This document shows, piece by piece, positions 1 through 9,791 of a DNA stretch of 64,000 nt. Origin of the DNA: an uncultured Cellvibrionales bacterium (GTDB taxonomy: Bacteria; Pseudomonadota; Gammaproteobacteria; Pseudomonadales; Porticoccaceae). The notes below the pieces were generated by a model. It searched no databases. It saw only the letters and a list, made by a program, of their open reading frames with translations, and was not told the origin of the DNA. The stretch is from NCBI GenBank assembly GCA_937911225.1, contig CALDQM010000104.1, positions 7,938-71,937 on the forward strand. Direction: 5' to 3'. The translations under genes were made by a program, and so were the position numbers. Each line of letters begins with the position of its first letter. The first letter of the stretch is position 1.

Positions 1-814
1 TGTAGGCGGTATATTTTCTGATGTTTATAACACCGGTATCCAGGATCAAATACTGACCCTTGATACCCATTAAAACACCATCGATTTTAGGCTGCTTATC
101 AAGGTTAAAGCTTTTTACTTTTTCAGGAAACTCCTGAACCGGAAAATCAATATGGACGGTTGTCTGCTGATCTAGGAACTGCATTGCTTGAATACCGCAA
201 TCCTCTGCCAGCTGCTGTAAATCGTGCTGACACTTATCGACTAGCTCGTCTCTAAATGCCGCTAAATCAACATTTTCATTGTTACCTTTGAGCATTCTTT
301 GCCATTGCGTTTTATCAGCGACATGTTGCCTTAAACGATCTTCAATAAGCCCTGCTTGACGACGGTTTTTTACTCTAAAAATAGGTAACCCTTGCGTAGC
401 ACCTTGATCGACCCAACGAGTGGGTAACTGATCACCCCGTGTAATGCCAACTTTGATACCCGAGGTATTTGATAGATACACAAAATGGTCAGTAAAACAA
501 AACCTTTCACCCCACTCAGAATCTCGGCATGTTCCGGCATGAAAATGACACCGCTCCGGACTCATTATGCAAGTATCACACTGAGGCAGAGATATGAAAC
601 AGGGATAACAATATCCCTGAGCAAAGCTTTTGCGAGAGCGCCGACCACAGTGAATACAGTGGATATCGCCGAGATGCTCTATTGAGATAGCGTTTCCTAT
701 AAATTGGTTGAGCGGCAATCGCTCATCATCCAAAGGCAGCTGGTAGTCAACGCTGCCGTCCTCAGCAACTCTAGTTTCCATTTTGAGCAAATGCCCAGAT
801 TGTCTAAAAGTCAT
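1..814 (-). CDS. DUF2797 family Cys-rich protein, 3' end cut by the window edge; not in the ORF track
   Basis: Manual translation from ATG at 814: MTFRQSGHLLKM...IHCIHCGRRSRKSFAQGYCYPCF...QCDTCIMSPERCHF...VYLSNTSGIKVGITR...PTRWVDQGA...GIKGQYLILDTGVINIRKYTAY. The start overlaps the yeaC stop (TAATG). Confidence 0.85.
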   Translation of the reverse strand, partial: MTFRQSGHLLKMETRVAEDGSVDYQLPLDDERLPLNQFIGNAISIEHLGDIHCIHCGRRSRKSFAQGYCYPCFISLPQCDTCIMSPERCHFHAGTCRDSEWGERFCFTDHFVYLSNTSGIKVGITRGDQLPTRWVDQGATQGLPIFRVKNRRQAGLIEDRLRQHVADKTQWQRMLKGNNENVDLAAFRDELVDKCQHDLQQLAEDCGIQAMQFLDQQTTVHIDFPVQEFPEKVKSFNLDKQPKIDGVLMGIKGQYLILDTGVINIRKYTAY

Positions 815-1062
815 TAATTTTTCCAGGCTAATGGCTGTGGCTCAACGGACTCTGGCCCGCAGGGCGTTGTCTTAGGCGGGACATAACCGGTCCGCTGATC
901 TTCGGGAATTCCTTGTTCATAGGCAATAATAGCCTGCATGCACAACTCTTTTTGCTCGCTTGTTAAGCTTTTCCCGTCGGGCCATTTACCAATTTCTACT
1001 CCAAGTTTTAGCCGCGAATAAATATCGGGGGTAATACTATTAAGTAGTTGCTTAAGGTCCAT
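814..1062 (-). CDS. yeaC: YeaC family protein (DUF1315)
   Basis: ITPDIYSRLKLGVEIGKWPDGKSLTSEQKELCMQAIIAYE matches the family pattern; sits between rhomboid and DUF2797. Confidence 0.85.
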   Translation of the reverse strand: MDLKQLLNSITPDIYSRLKLGVEIGKWPDGKSLTSEQKELCMQAIIAYEQGIPEDQRTGYVPPKTTPCGPESVEPQPLAWKN

Positions 1063-1118
1063 ATTTGTCTCATTAAAATTTTCAATGGAGTCATTATTAA
1101 CCCCATTTTATACGATGA

Positions 1119-1724
1119 CTAATCTGCCTGATTCTTTAGCTTTTCTAACAACCCAAAAGCCAGCCCAAGCAACATACCGCTTAGTAATCCTCCCAAATGC
1201 GCGGCATTGGCAATGCCAACACCTAACAAAAAAGTAACTACTGGAGTCATACACAAAACGAGCCAGCCAATCATGAAAGTCACAATGCCCTTAGGGAGCG
1301 CCATAAATGGATGAGGTGCAATGCTGTTAGCAATCCAAAGGTATCCTAATAACGCATAAACCACTCCAGACATACCACCGAAGTTACTAGCCCCCGACCA
1401 CCAGAACTGGATTGTGTTAGACATAATCCCAGTGGCAATAATAATAAGAATTAGATGCGAGGACCCCATCACTTCCTCAATCCGCGAGCCAAGCATCGAC
1501 AGCCACAAGCTATTGAAAATAAAGTGAAGTATCCCAAAGTGGAGAAAGATAGGTGTAATCAATCGCCAGTACTGATTATTATTAATTCCACCAAAACTAA
1601 AGTAGCCCAACGCTGTAACCGAGCTAAAACTCACCAACATACCGCCCACCGCGCTCAAAACGATAAACAGGGTCACCGCAGGGTAACGCTTAGCGAGGAT
1701 ATACCAATTGGGTTGTTGCGACAT
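1119..1724 (-). CDS. Rhomboid family intramembrane serine protease (membrane domain only)
   Basis: WRLITPIFLHFGILHFIFNSLWL, GGMSGVVY (catalytic Ser), ANAAHLGG (catalytic His). Confidence 0.92.
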   Translation of the reverse strand: MSQQPNWYILAKRYPAVTLFIVLSAVGGMLVSFSSVTALGYFSFGGINNNQYWRLITPIFLHFGILHFIFNSLWLSMLGSRIEEVMGSSHLILIIIATGIMSNTIQFWWSGASNFGGMSGVVYALLGYLWIANSIAPHPFMALPKGIVTFMIGWLVLCMTPVVTFLLGVGIANAAHLGGLLSGMLLGLAFGLLEKLKNQAD

Positions 1725-1757
1725 GGCGCCCGAACCGTCCTTTACAAATAGTTAAAT

Positions 1758-2654
1758 CTAGTTGTCACTTTTAACTACGTCCAACCGACTGCCCCAGCCC
1801 AGTTTAGAACGGCAAACACTATAAAAGTTATTGTCTTTAGGGTGGATGAGTAAAATGTCGTGTTTATGGCGCGCAATGGTAATAATGTCACCCGGTTTAG
1901 TCACAATATCATTTTGCCCATCACAGGTAAGTACTGGCTGTAATTCATTACGCGTACTCACTCTCAGCTCCAACTGCGCACTACCGTGGAGGGCGATCGG
2001 TCTGCTGCTAAGCGTATGAGGATTCAAAGGCACAACCACCATGGCATCTAACTCTGGGAAAAGTAGAGGCCCACCGGCCGATAACGCGTATGCGGTAGAA
2101 CCTGTTGGTGTGGCAACTATTAAGCCATCAGAGCGCTGGCTATAGACAAACTCACCATCCACATAAAGCTCGAATGTCATCATTCTTGCCGACATTCCTG
2201 GATGCAGAGCAATGTCATTTACCGCCGTGCCAGTACCAATAAGTTCACCATCACGCATTACGGTCGTCTCGAGCATAAAGCGACGAGTCTGCTTATAATC
2301 TCCCATTAGCACACGCAATACACGCTCTTCGATTTCATCTGGAGATATATCGGTCAAAAAACCCAAGCGACCTCTGTTTATCCCTAACAGCGGAATACCA
2401 AAAGAAGCCATTTTACGACTGGCGCTGAGCATACTCCCATCACCGCCAACAACAATTCCAAGATCAATAACATCAGAAAAGTCTGTGATAGAGAAAACTT
2501 TTTCCACTGGCCAGTTAACTAGCTTCGCAGTTTGCTGCTCGTAGAAGACATCTCGCCCTTGACTAATAAGAAAGGTCTCTAGCCTATGAAGAGATTCCTT
2601 AACTTCGGGTAAATCAAGATTGCCAAGTAAACCAATTCGCTGAAAATGAGCCAT
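1758..2654 (-). CDS. nadK: NAD(+) kinase
   Basis: GGDGSML, GINRGRLGFL, AVNDI, DGLIVATPTGSTAYALSAGGP motifs. Confidence 0.96.
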   Translation of the reverse strand: MAHFQRIGLLGNLDLPEVKESLHRLETFLISQGRDVFYEQQTAKLVNWPVEKVFSITDFSDVIDLGIVVGGDGSMLSASRKMASFGIPLLGINRGRLGFLTDISPDEIEERVLRVLMGDYKQTRRFMLETTVMRDGELIGTGTAVNDIALHPGMSARMMTFELYVDGEFVYSQRSDGLIVATPTGSTAYALSAGGPLLFPELDAMVVVPLNPHTLSSRPIALHGSAQLELRVSTRNELQPVLTCDGQNDIVTKPGDIITIARHKHDILLIHPKDNNFYSVCRSKLGWGSRLDVVKSDN

Positions 2655-2669
2655 ACGCTATAACTCTAG

Positions 2670-2689
2670 TAATGTTTACAAACATTATA
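2670..2689 (-). promoter_or_regulatory. Perfect inverted repeat TAATGTTT-AC-AAACATTA overlapping a TATAAT -10 element (minus strand 2684-2689) upstream of nadK
   Basis: Read directly from the sequence, 16 bp upstream of the nadK ATG; no convincing -35 found. Confidence 0.45.
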
Positions 2690-2843
2690 CAGTCTCAACA
2701 AAAAATTCTATTACTTTCTTACAAAACAAAGCATCCATACCGTATATCCGTTTGTAGCCACCCCACAATAATTTTATTATTGAAAAGCAGAATTTGATGC
2801 ATAATGCCGCATAACATTCTAATGATGGTACTGGGGTTCAGAC

Positions 2844-3368
2844 ATGACCAAAAAAACGGCTAAAGGTATAGTCCTCATAGGGATGCCTTGTGTAGGCAAA
2901 AGTACCATCGGAGTGCTATTAGCCAACAGTTTAGCCATGGGGTTCGTCGACACTGACCATAGCATTGAGCTTTTTCTTGATAGCGACCTTCAATCGTTTG
3001 TCGATGAACACGGCTACCAGGCGTTAAGAGCAACCGAGGAGCAAGTATTACTCAAGGAGAGCCCTTACGGAAAGGTAATTGCCACCGGAGGAAGTGCGGT
3101 CTATTCCGAACTCGGAATGGCCCATCTGAAGGCTCAAGCTTCGGTGATATTTTTAGATCTACCCAAACAGCAGATCGAACAAAGAATGACTAACTTTGCT
3201 ACTCGAGGCATTGCAAGACGACCCAATCAGAGCCTCTCCAGTTTGTTTGATGAACGTCGGGTTCTCTACATGCGCTACGCTGACATCATAGTGGACTGCG
3301 ATAAAAAGTCGATTGAACAGATACTAGCCGAGCTAGTATCTGTATCAGCTGAACAAATTGCTCGCTAA
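2844..3368 (+). CDS. Shikimate kinase family protein, not linked to aroB
   Basis: P-loop GMPCVGKST, FVDTD, VIATGGSAVY, ERRVLYMRYAD. Confidence 0.85.
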   Translation: MTKKTAKGIVLIGMPCVGKSTIGVLLANSLAMGFVDTDHSIELFLDSDLQSFVDEHGYQALRATEEQVLLKESPYGKVIATGGSAVYSELGMAHLKAQASVIFLDLPKQQIEQRMTNFATRGIARRPNQSLSSLFDERRVLYMRYADIIVDCDKKSIEQILAELVSVSAEQIAR

Positions 3369-3393
3369 AAAAGACCGCCTCTAATACTCAGCT

Positions 3394-4587
3394 TTATCGT
3401 AAAACTGTTAGCAGAGACTGTTTCAGATAAGCTATGTTGTTCGAATTAACGCCCGCTAAATTGATGCGCGTAGAGGATACGATGTAAATTCCAAACTCAT
3501 GCCGTAAACGCTCTAACTGCGGCGTAGAAATTCCCAAAAATGAGAACATCCCTTTTTGACGATTAATATGGCTGAAATCCATTCCAGCATCATTATCTTG
3601 AAGGCTATCGCACAGTAAGGCTCGCATAGCCTTAACACGAAGTCTAACTTCTTCAAGCTCTGCCTGCCACTGCCTGCGAAGATGTTCATCGCCCAGCACC
3701 ATTGAAACCAAAAGCGCACCATGAGCCGGTGGCATAGAGTAAATAGACCGCGCAGTTGCCATTGCTTGACTGACAACAACATCTGTTCGCTCAGGGCTCT
3801 CAGCTATAAACGTAACAGAACCGGTACGCTCCCGATAGAGACCGAAGTTTTTTGAACACGAGGATGCTATTACTAATTCAGGTAATCGCTCAGCCATCAT
3901 TCGCATGCCATAAGCATCTTCATCTAAACCGTCACCCAATCCCTGGTAAGCCGTATCAATAAACGGAATGAACCCTCTTTCAAGGGCGATATCAGCAATC
4001 TCATCCCATTGTTCGTGAGTCAGGTCCGCACCCGTCGGGTTGTGACAACAGCCATGCAGCAGAACCAGATCTCCAGCTGGCACTTTGCGCAGCGTGTCCA
4101 TCATTGCCTGAGTATTAATCTGACGACTAGCCATGTCATAGTAGGGGTATTGATTTATATCTAATCCGGCACTACCTAACAGAGGAATGTGGTTTGGCCA
4201 AGTCGGCATGCCAATCCATAGTTTGGATTCAGGACGTGCCTTTCGCACAACCTCGGCCGCTACTCGCAACGCACCGGATCCGCCGGGTGCTTGAATGCTC
4301 TTGACTCTTCCCGACTTCAGTATGCTGTGCTCTTCACCAAACAACAGTCCCATCATGCGCTGATTATATTCGGGATCACCAGCCATTCCTTGATAGGATT
4401 TAGTTGTCTCTAACTCCATTAGCCGTGACTCTGCTTCTTTGACAGCTGCCATCACCGGCGTTCGTCCATGGTCATCTTGATAAACTCCCACACCAAGATC
4501 AATTTTTTGGGTACGAACATCTGACTTGAAGGCGGCCATAAGACCGAGGATAGGATCGAGGGCGACGGGCTTTAAATTCTCAAACAT
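3394..4587 (-). CDS. Aromatic amino acid/aspartate aminotransferase (TyrB/AspC, class I PLP)
   Basis: DLGVGVY, PGGSGAL, LLHGCCHNPTGAD, SCSKNFGLYRERTG, SSTRINLAG. Confidence 0.93.
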   Translation of the reverse strand: MFENLKPVALDPILGLMAAFKSDVRTQKIDLGVGVYQDDHGRTPVMAAVKEAESRLMELETTKSYQGMAGDPEYNQRMMGLLFGEEHSILKSGRVKSIQAPGGSGALRVAAEVVRKARPESKLWIGMPTWPNHIPLLGSAGLDINQYPYYDMASRQINTQAMMDTLRKVPAGDLVLLHGCCHNPTGADLTHEQWDEIADIALERGFIPFIDTAYQGLGDGLDEDAYGMRMMAERLPELVIASSCSKNFGLYRERTGSVTFIAESPERTDVVVSQAMATARSIYSMPPAHGALLVSMVLGDEHLRRQWQAELEEVRLRVKAMRALLCDSLQDNDAGMDFSHINRQKGMFSFLGISTPQLERLRHEFGIYIVSSTRINLAGVNSNNIAYLKQSLLTVLR

Positions 4588-4648
4588 ATTGGGTGTCCTG
4601 GTAGTGTATTTTTAATAACAAGATTCTACTATGATTCAATCAATTTAT

Positions 4649-5416
4649 TCAGGGGGTGTTAATAAATGCAGCGACACTAGCATTAAATTCATCTGGCTTT
4701 TCAGCATGTAACCAATGGCCAACACCCGCCATCACATGAAGTTTATTATTCGGGAAAAGCTGGTCAATAGTTGGTCGGTGTTTAGTTTGAATATAGGCGG
4801 ATTTTTCACCTTTTATAAACAAGCTAAGCCCCTGGTATGGTTGGCCCTCTGGCGCGGCCACTAGAGTCGAACTATAGTTCGCTAAAATCGCCTGCATATT
4901 TAACTTTAATGAATAATTTCCATCGCCATTACGACTCAAATTTTTCAGTAAAAAAGCACGTGTTTGAGCATCAGGCACATACTTAGCAACCAACATATCC
5001 GCGTCAACCCGACTAAGGACATTTACTGAAGATAGCTCAGCTAAAGCGTCTAAAGCGGCATCTTGTCGAGCACCATAGGCAACTGGCGATATATCGGCAA
5101 CGATCAGCTTTGTTACTCTATTAGGGTAATTGAGTGCTACTTGCATCGCAACTTTTCCGCCCAGTGAGTGACCCACCAAACTCGCCTCTGACAATGCCAA
5201 GTCATCCATTAGCTGAACAATATCATTGGCCATTGACGGAATATCCATTATTGACTCATGCGGCGAATCACCATGGTTACGCAAATCAACACTGATGACT
5301 CTACAGTGGGTAGCGAGGTGTCTCGCCAAATTACCCAAATTTGAAAGGGAGCCGAACATACCATGCATAATGATTACCGCGTGCCCCTGACCCTGCTCAC
5401 TGAAATTTAGCTGCAT
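4649..5416 (-). CDS. Alpha/beta hydrolase, YbfF-like esterase
   Basis: HGMFGSLSN, VDLRNHGDS, nucleophile elbow GHSLGGK, GHWLHAEKP. Confidence 0.88.
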   Translation of the reverse strand: MQLNFSEQGQGHAVIIMHGMFGSLSNLGNLARHLATHCRVISVDLRNHGDSPHESIMDIPSMANDIVQLMDDLALSEASLVGHSLGGKVAMQVALNYPNRVTKLIVADISPVAYGARQDAALDALAELSSVNVLSRVDADMLVAKYVPDAQTRAFLLKNLSRNGDGNYSLKLNMQAILANYSSTLVAAPEGQPYQGLSLFIKGEKSAYIQTKHRPTIDQLFPNNKLHVMAGVGHWLHAEKPDEFNASVAAFINTP

Positions 5417-5422
5417 AATGTT

Positions 5423-6259
5423 TTAAAGTCCCTTATTAACGGCGCTACGATTACGATATTTATCTTTGTTCTTGAGACCCTTTGCATAAAGTCTTGGTCG
5501 CATAAAGCGTCGCAAAGCAGGAAAGAGATAGCTTAATGTCACCAGTCGTCCACTGGCCGCAGGCATCGCTATTTCAGTTTTTTCGCCCCTGGCGATGCTC
5601 AGCACAGCATCTGCAACGTCATCTGCACTACTCATCGGCTGAGAGAATACAATATCTTCAACAATATCAATTTCACTCATGATAAACCCAGTATCGATGG
5701 GTCCTGGGGATACCACACCAACGTTAATACTAGTGTCTTGGAGCTCATCAGCAAGGGCAAAGGCAAAGGCCCGTAAGCCCGCCTTGGTGGCAGAGTACGT
5801 AGCCGCCCCTTGCAATGGAGCCATTCCGGCAAGTGAACCCACCATGACGATTGCACCACCATCTGATTTTTTAATAAAGGGTATAGCCGCACAAGAAAGA
5901 ATTAATGGTGCACGCAGATTAACATCTACCATCAAACCCACATCAGCTGAGTTCACTTTTTCAAGATCTCCACGGCTATGCATGCCTGCGTTATTGATTA
6001 GCACGTCAACTCGGCCAAATTCGGCTTCTGCTTTACTCAGCAGAGCATGGCATTGATCGGTATCGGAAACATCCATGGCGACGGTTAATACGGAGCATTT
6101 AGATGATAACTCCTCAGCTATTACATCTAATCCAGCTTGACCACGAGCACAAAGTACTAAGTTTGCTTTCTGACCTGCAAATGCGCGTGCGCAGGCTGCA
6201 CCAACCCCCGCAGAAGCTCCGGTAATAATGACAGTTTTTTGCTCAAAAAAATGACTCAT
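5423..6259 (-). CDS. Short-chain dehydrogenase/reductase
   Basis: TGASAGVG, NNAG, YSATK. Confidence 0.9.
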   Translation of the reverse strand: MSHFFEQKTVIITGASAGVGAACARAFAGQKANLVLCARGQAGLDVIAEELSSKCSVLTVAMDVSDTDQCHALLSKAEAEFGRVDVLINNAGMHSRGDLEKVNSADVGLMVDVNLRAPLILSCAAIPFIKKSDGGAIVMVGSLAGMAPLQGAATYSATKAGLRAFAFALADELQDTSINVGVVSPGPIDTGFIMSEIDIVEDIVFSQPMSSADDVADAVLSIARGEKTEIAMPAASGRLVTLSYLFPALRRFMRPRLYAKGLKNKDKYRNRSAVNKGL

Positions 6260-6327
6260 GTAACTCCCTACCTCGTTAGTGATGCTTTTTAAATGCGGTG
6301 TAAGTATACATTTTCTCGCATCTGTCT

Positions 6328-7251
6328 CTAGCTCTTTTTAGCATCGCTCGAAGATTTTTCGATTAAATCGCGAAGTGCCAACTGGAGATGAGGAAATTTA
6401 AAATCAAAGCCCTCAGTGACCGCTTTTGTGGGTATAACCAACTGGCCTTGTAACAATAGCTCGAGTCCCATTTCACCAAATAAGACCTTGACCATCAACG
6501 CAGGCATGGGCAGTAATGCAGGTCTCTTTAAGGCAGAGGCTAATGTCTGTGTAAATTCTCGATTGGTCACCGGATTGGGTGCTGTCGCATTAACGGGCCC
6601 AGTCAAGCTAGTATTTAAAACACAGTATTTTAACAGCTCAACCATGTCCTGAATGTGAATCCAAGACATAAATTGCCGACCATCACCAATAGGGCCTCCT
6701 AGCCCCAACTTAAAGGGAGGTAGCATCTTAGCAAGAGCACCAGCCTCACCAAGAACAATTCCAGTCCGCATTAGACAAACCCGCGTCCCAAACTTTTCAA
6801 ATTTCAGGGCACTGGACTCCCAATTAGCACAAAGTCTGTGGGAGAAACCATCTTCACCACTATTTGACTCATCCACAGGTTCGTTGCCCGGCCCATAATA
6901 GCCAATTGCAGAGCCACTAATAAGCGTATCTGGAACTGATTGTCGATGGCTAAAAAACTCATAGAGCTTATCCGTAAGACCAGCTCGACTAGAGTGAAAC
7001 TGTTTTTTCCGTGATTCAGTCCAACGTTTTTCAGCCAACGGCTCTCCAGCCAAATTAATCACTGTATCAATTTTTCTATCATTAGATATTTGTTCAAGAG
7101 AGGAAATAAGCTCAGTCGAGCTGGGCAAAACCGCCCTCGCGGCCCAAACATTCCGACTTAGCACTATCACCGTCCAGCCTAATCTTTCTGCTTCATGGCA
7201 AAAATTTCTGCCAATAAAGCCACTACCGCCAGTCATCAGAATTGTTGGCAT
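6328..7251 (-). CDS. TIGR01777/YfcH-like NAD-dependent epimerase family protein
   Basis: TGGSGFIG, VINLAGEP, SGSAIGYYG, RTGIVLG, GDGRQFMSWIHIQD, GPVNATAPNPVTN. Confidence 0.92.
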   Translation of the reverse strand: MPTILMTGGSGFIGRNFCHEAERLGWTVIVLSRNVWAARAVLPSSTELISSLEQISNDRKIDTVINLAGEPLAEKRWTESRKKQFHSSRAGLTDKLYEFFSHRQSVPDTLISGSAIGYYGPGNEPVDESNSGEDGFSHRLCANWESSALKFEKFGTRVCLMRTGIVLGEAGALAKMLPPFKLGLGGPIGDGRQFMSWIHIQDMVELLKYCVLNTSLTGPVNATAPNPVTNREFTQTLASALKRPALLPMPALMVKVLFGEMGLELLLQGQLVIPTKAVTEGFDFKFPHLQLALRDLIEKSSSDAKKS

Positions 7252-7411
7252 TTTAAATAATCCTTAAATTGGTGGTCATACTTAGACGAAATCTTACAAT
7301 AACGTAGTTTAGCGACATTCTTTGCTTTACCCAAGTGATTCTGAATTGCTAAAATCTGCTTATAGTTTTTTAAATTAGATCGCTTTTAAAATAATAACCT
7401 GGGCAACAACA

Positions 7412-8521
7412 ATGAGTCTTGCGAACAAAGTATTAGCATCGAATAATGACCTTCCCATTCGCTCCGATCAGCCGGTCCATAGCGGTAAAGTCCGGTCGGT
7501 ATATTGGCTGACAGAGAGTGATAGTCGGAGACTGATTGCTGAAAAAAATTACGATGTAGCTGCAGATGCGCCTCTAGCCATAATGGTTATTAGTGACCGT
7601 ATTTCAGCGTTTGAATGTATTTGGCGCGGTGAAGGTGATATGCGTGGGGTTCCAGGAAAAGGAGCCGCGCTAAATGCTATTTCTAATCATTGGTTCAAAT
7701 TGTTCCGCGAACAAGGCCTTGCTGATAGCCATATCCTTGATGTCCCTCATCCCTTAGTGTGGATTGTTCAAAGAGCTAAACCAGTAATGATTGAAGCTAT
7801 ATGTCGCCAGTACATAACTGGCTCAATGTGGCGGTCCTACGAAAAAGGCGAAAGAGACTTCTGCGGTATTGAATTAGAAGATGGTTTGGGACGTGATCAG
7901 AAACTAGCTGAGTTACTCATTACTCCATCTACCAAGGGTATTCTTACTGGTATTCCTGGCGTACCTGAGGTGGATGATGTGAACATTTCACGAGCTGACA
8001 TAGAAAATAATGCTGCTGCCTTCAAGTTTAACAACAAAGTTGATATCGATGAGTATGAAAAGTTACTCAGAGAAGGTTTTGGGGTTATCAGCGCCGAGCT
8101 TGCAAAGCTGGACCAAGTTTTTGTCGATACTAAGTTCGAATTTGGCTATGTAACTGACAAACAAGGAAAAGAAAAGCTCATCTATATGGATGAAGTAGGT
8201 ACGCCAGATTCTTCAAGGATATGGGACGGGGCCAATTACAGAGATGGCAAAGTGGTCGAGAATTCGAAAGAAGGCTTTCGCCAATTGCTGTTAGCACATT
8301 TTTCGGAGCCTGAAATTCTACTCGATAAGAACCGAATGGATGAGCGCTACGCATTAGCAAAAAACAACGAACTACCCGAAAGCATGATGATGCAGGTGTC
8401 AGACACCTATGTTAATCTTGCCGAGAAAATAACGGGGCAACCTTTGATAATGTCCGATAATCCAAAGGCGGAGATACTCGCAATCTTGGACCGCGACTAT
8501 GGACTAGTTAACTACGGTTAG
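7412..8521 (+). CDS. purC: SAICAR synthetase, long Vibrio-type
   Basis: [45 protein letters not shown]. Confidence 0.93.
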   Translation: MSLANKVLASNNDLPIRSDQPVHSGKVRSVYWLTESDSRRLIAEKNYDVAADAPLAIMVISDRISAFECIWRGEGDMRGVPGKGAALNAISNHWFKLFREQGLADSHILDVPHPLVWIVQRAKPVMIEAICRQYITGSMWRSYEKGERDFCGIELEDGLGRDQKLAELLITPSTKGILTGIPGVPEVDDVNISRADIENNAAAFKFNNKVDIDEYEKLLREGFGVISAELAKLDQVFVDTKFEFGYVTDKQGKEKLIYMDEVGTPDSSRIWDGANYRDGKVVENSKEGFRQLLLAHFSEPEILLDKNRMDERYALAKNNELPESMMMQVSDTYVNLAEKITGQPLIMSDNPKAEILAILDRDYGLVNYG

Positions 8522-8571
8522 CTTTTCGGAGATCAAAACCCTACAGAACTAACACACACCAGGCGATTACC

Positions 8572-9048
8572 ATGACTGAAGAAAAGAACATCAACATTGA
8601 CTCAAGAAAACTGTTTAACCTTGGTGTGAATTTGCTGATCGCGGGCTTTATTCGACAAAAGCCGGAGGACGCTAAAAAGCTCTTCAAAGAGCTTAAGCAA
8701 GGCGATTTAGTGCAATCGGGCCAGCTCACATCCGAGAAAAACGGAATGGTAATACCTATCAAGTTACAACTAGACCGAAGCGAATATCGTGGTCAGTTTA
8801 ACTATCCAAATTTTGAAATTTCGATCAAGACTATGCTGCAGAAGTTCGAAACTGAAGTGCGCAAAGACAAAGAGTTAAAAGACTTACATACGTTGACCAA
8901 CGAAGCCACTGGCGGATTATTGTTTAACGTACCTACTGGCGTTAAGATCGGAGAGGACATTAACGTTCTTATGATGGCGGTAGAACCTGCAGAAGAAGCC
9001 TTGATCGTGAAATTGATGTTTATGAACCCAGAGCAGTTCCAATCCTAG
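8572..9048 (+). CDS. Hypothetical protein, 158 aa
   Basis: Intact ORF 50 bp after purC with protein-like composition; no motif recognised. Confidence 0.75.
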   Translation: MTEEKNINIDSRKLFNLGVNLLIAGFIRQKPEDAKKLFKELKQGDLVQSGQLTSEKNGMVIPIKLQLDRSEYRGQFNYPNFEISIKTMLQKFETEVRKDKELKDLHTLTNEATGGLLFNVPTGVKIGEDINVLMMAVEPAEEALIVKLMFMNPEQFQS

Positions 9049-9084
9049 CCTCGGTCATAAATATAAAATAGTCTCTTCCAACTC

Positions 9085-9114
9085 ATTGAGGGGTGTCTTT
9101 CGACACACCTCAAT
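9085..9114. other. 13-bp stem-loop with one mismatch (ATTGAGGGGTGTC-TTTC-GACACACCTCAAT)
   Basis: Direct pairing; no U-tract on either strand; the loop reads GAAA on the minus strand. Confidence 0.5.
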
Positions 9115-9229
9115 ACCTGTCCTATACTCAAGTAGAAGGCGCATGATTAATTGACGCGTTAACGACCGCGTAGTGCACACACAAACTCATTCGCCTCACC
9201 TAAAAAATAAAAATTTAAGGGGTTGTGTT

Positions 9230-9787
9230 ATGAGACGCCATTTTTATATCAGTAGTAATCTTGATGAACTAGAAGATGTGGAAAAAGAGCTAGAGAACCA
9301 AGGAATATCAACGCCACATATTCACGTATTAAGCTTAGATGACGTCGCTGTAGCTCAACATAGCCGTCTTCACGAGGTTGAAGCGGTACTACGAACCGAC
9401 GTCGTACATGGGACAGAGGTCGGCGCATTAATCGGAATGGTGATAGCTGTAAGCATCTTATTAACAGCCCATCTAACTGGCTGGGCAGAGGGTTCCACAT
9501 GGATCCCTTTTGTATTTTTAGCCATCGTAGTACTTGGCTTTTGTACATGGGAGGGTGGATTCTTTGGTATCCAAATAAAAAACAAACGCTTTTCTCATTT
9601 TGAGTCTGAGTTGAAAGCGGGTAATCATTTGTTTTTTGTAGATATCGAATCAGAAAAAGAGAACATACTGGAAGATATTATCCGCGCTCACCCGCAGTTA
9701 GTAGTTGCAGGAGAGGGTCCATCAGTGCCTCACTGGTTTATACGTCTGCAGGATCGTTTCAAGAATTTCATAAAGGTTATGCCCTAG
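9230..9787 (+). CDS. Conserved two-TM membrane protein of unknown function; ATG at 9230 is more likely than the track start at 9173
   Basis: MRRHFYISSNLDELEDVEKEL..., hydrophobic pair GALIGMVIAVSILL / FVFLAIVVLGFCTWEGG; AGGGG Shine-Dalgarno-like sequence before 9230. Confidence 0.75.
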   Translation: MRRHFYISSNLDELEDVEKELENQGISTPHIHVLSLDDVAVAQHSRLHEVEAVLRTDVVHGTEVGALIGMVIAVSILLTAHLTGWAEGSTWIPFVFLAIVVLGFCTWEGGFFGIQIKNKRFSHFESELKAGNHLFFVDIESEKENILEDIIRAHPQLVVAGEGPSVPHWFIRLQDRFKNFIKVMP

Positions 9788-9791
9788 TGTC

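Noticed and set aside
485-685. 66-aa plus-strand ORF in the track
   Set aside because: It is antisense to the well-supported DUF2797 frame and has no motif.
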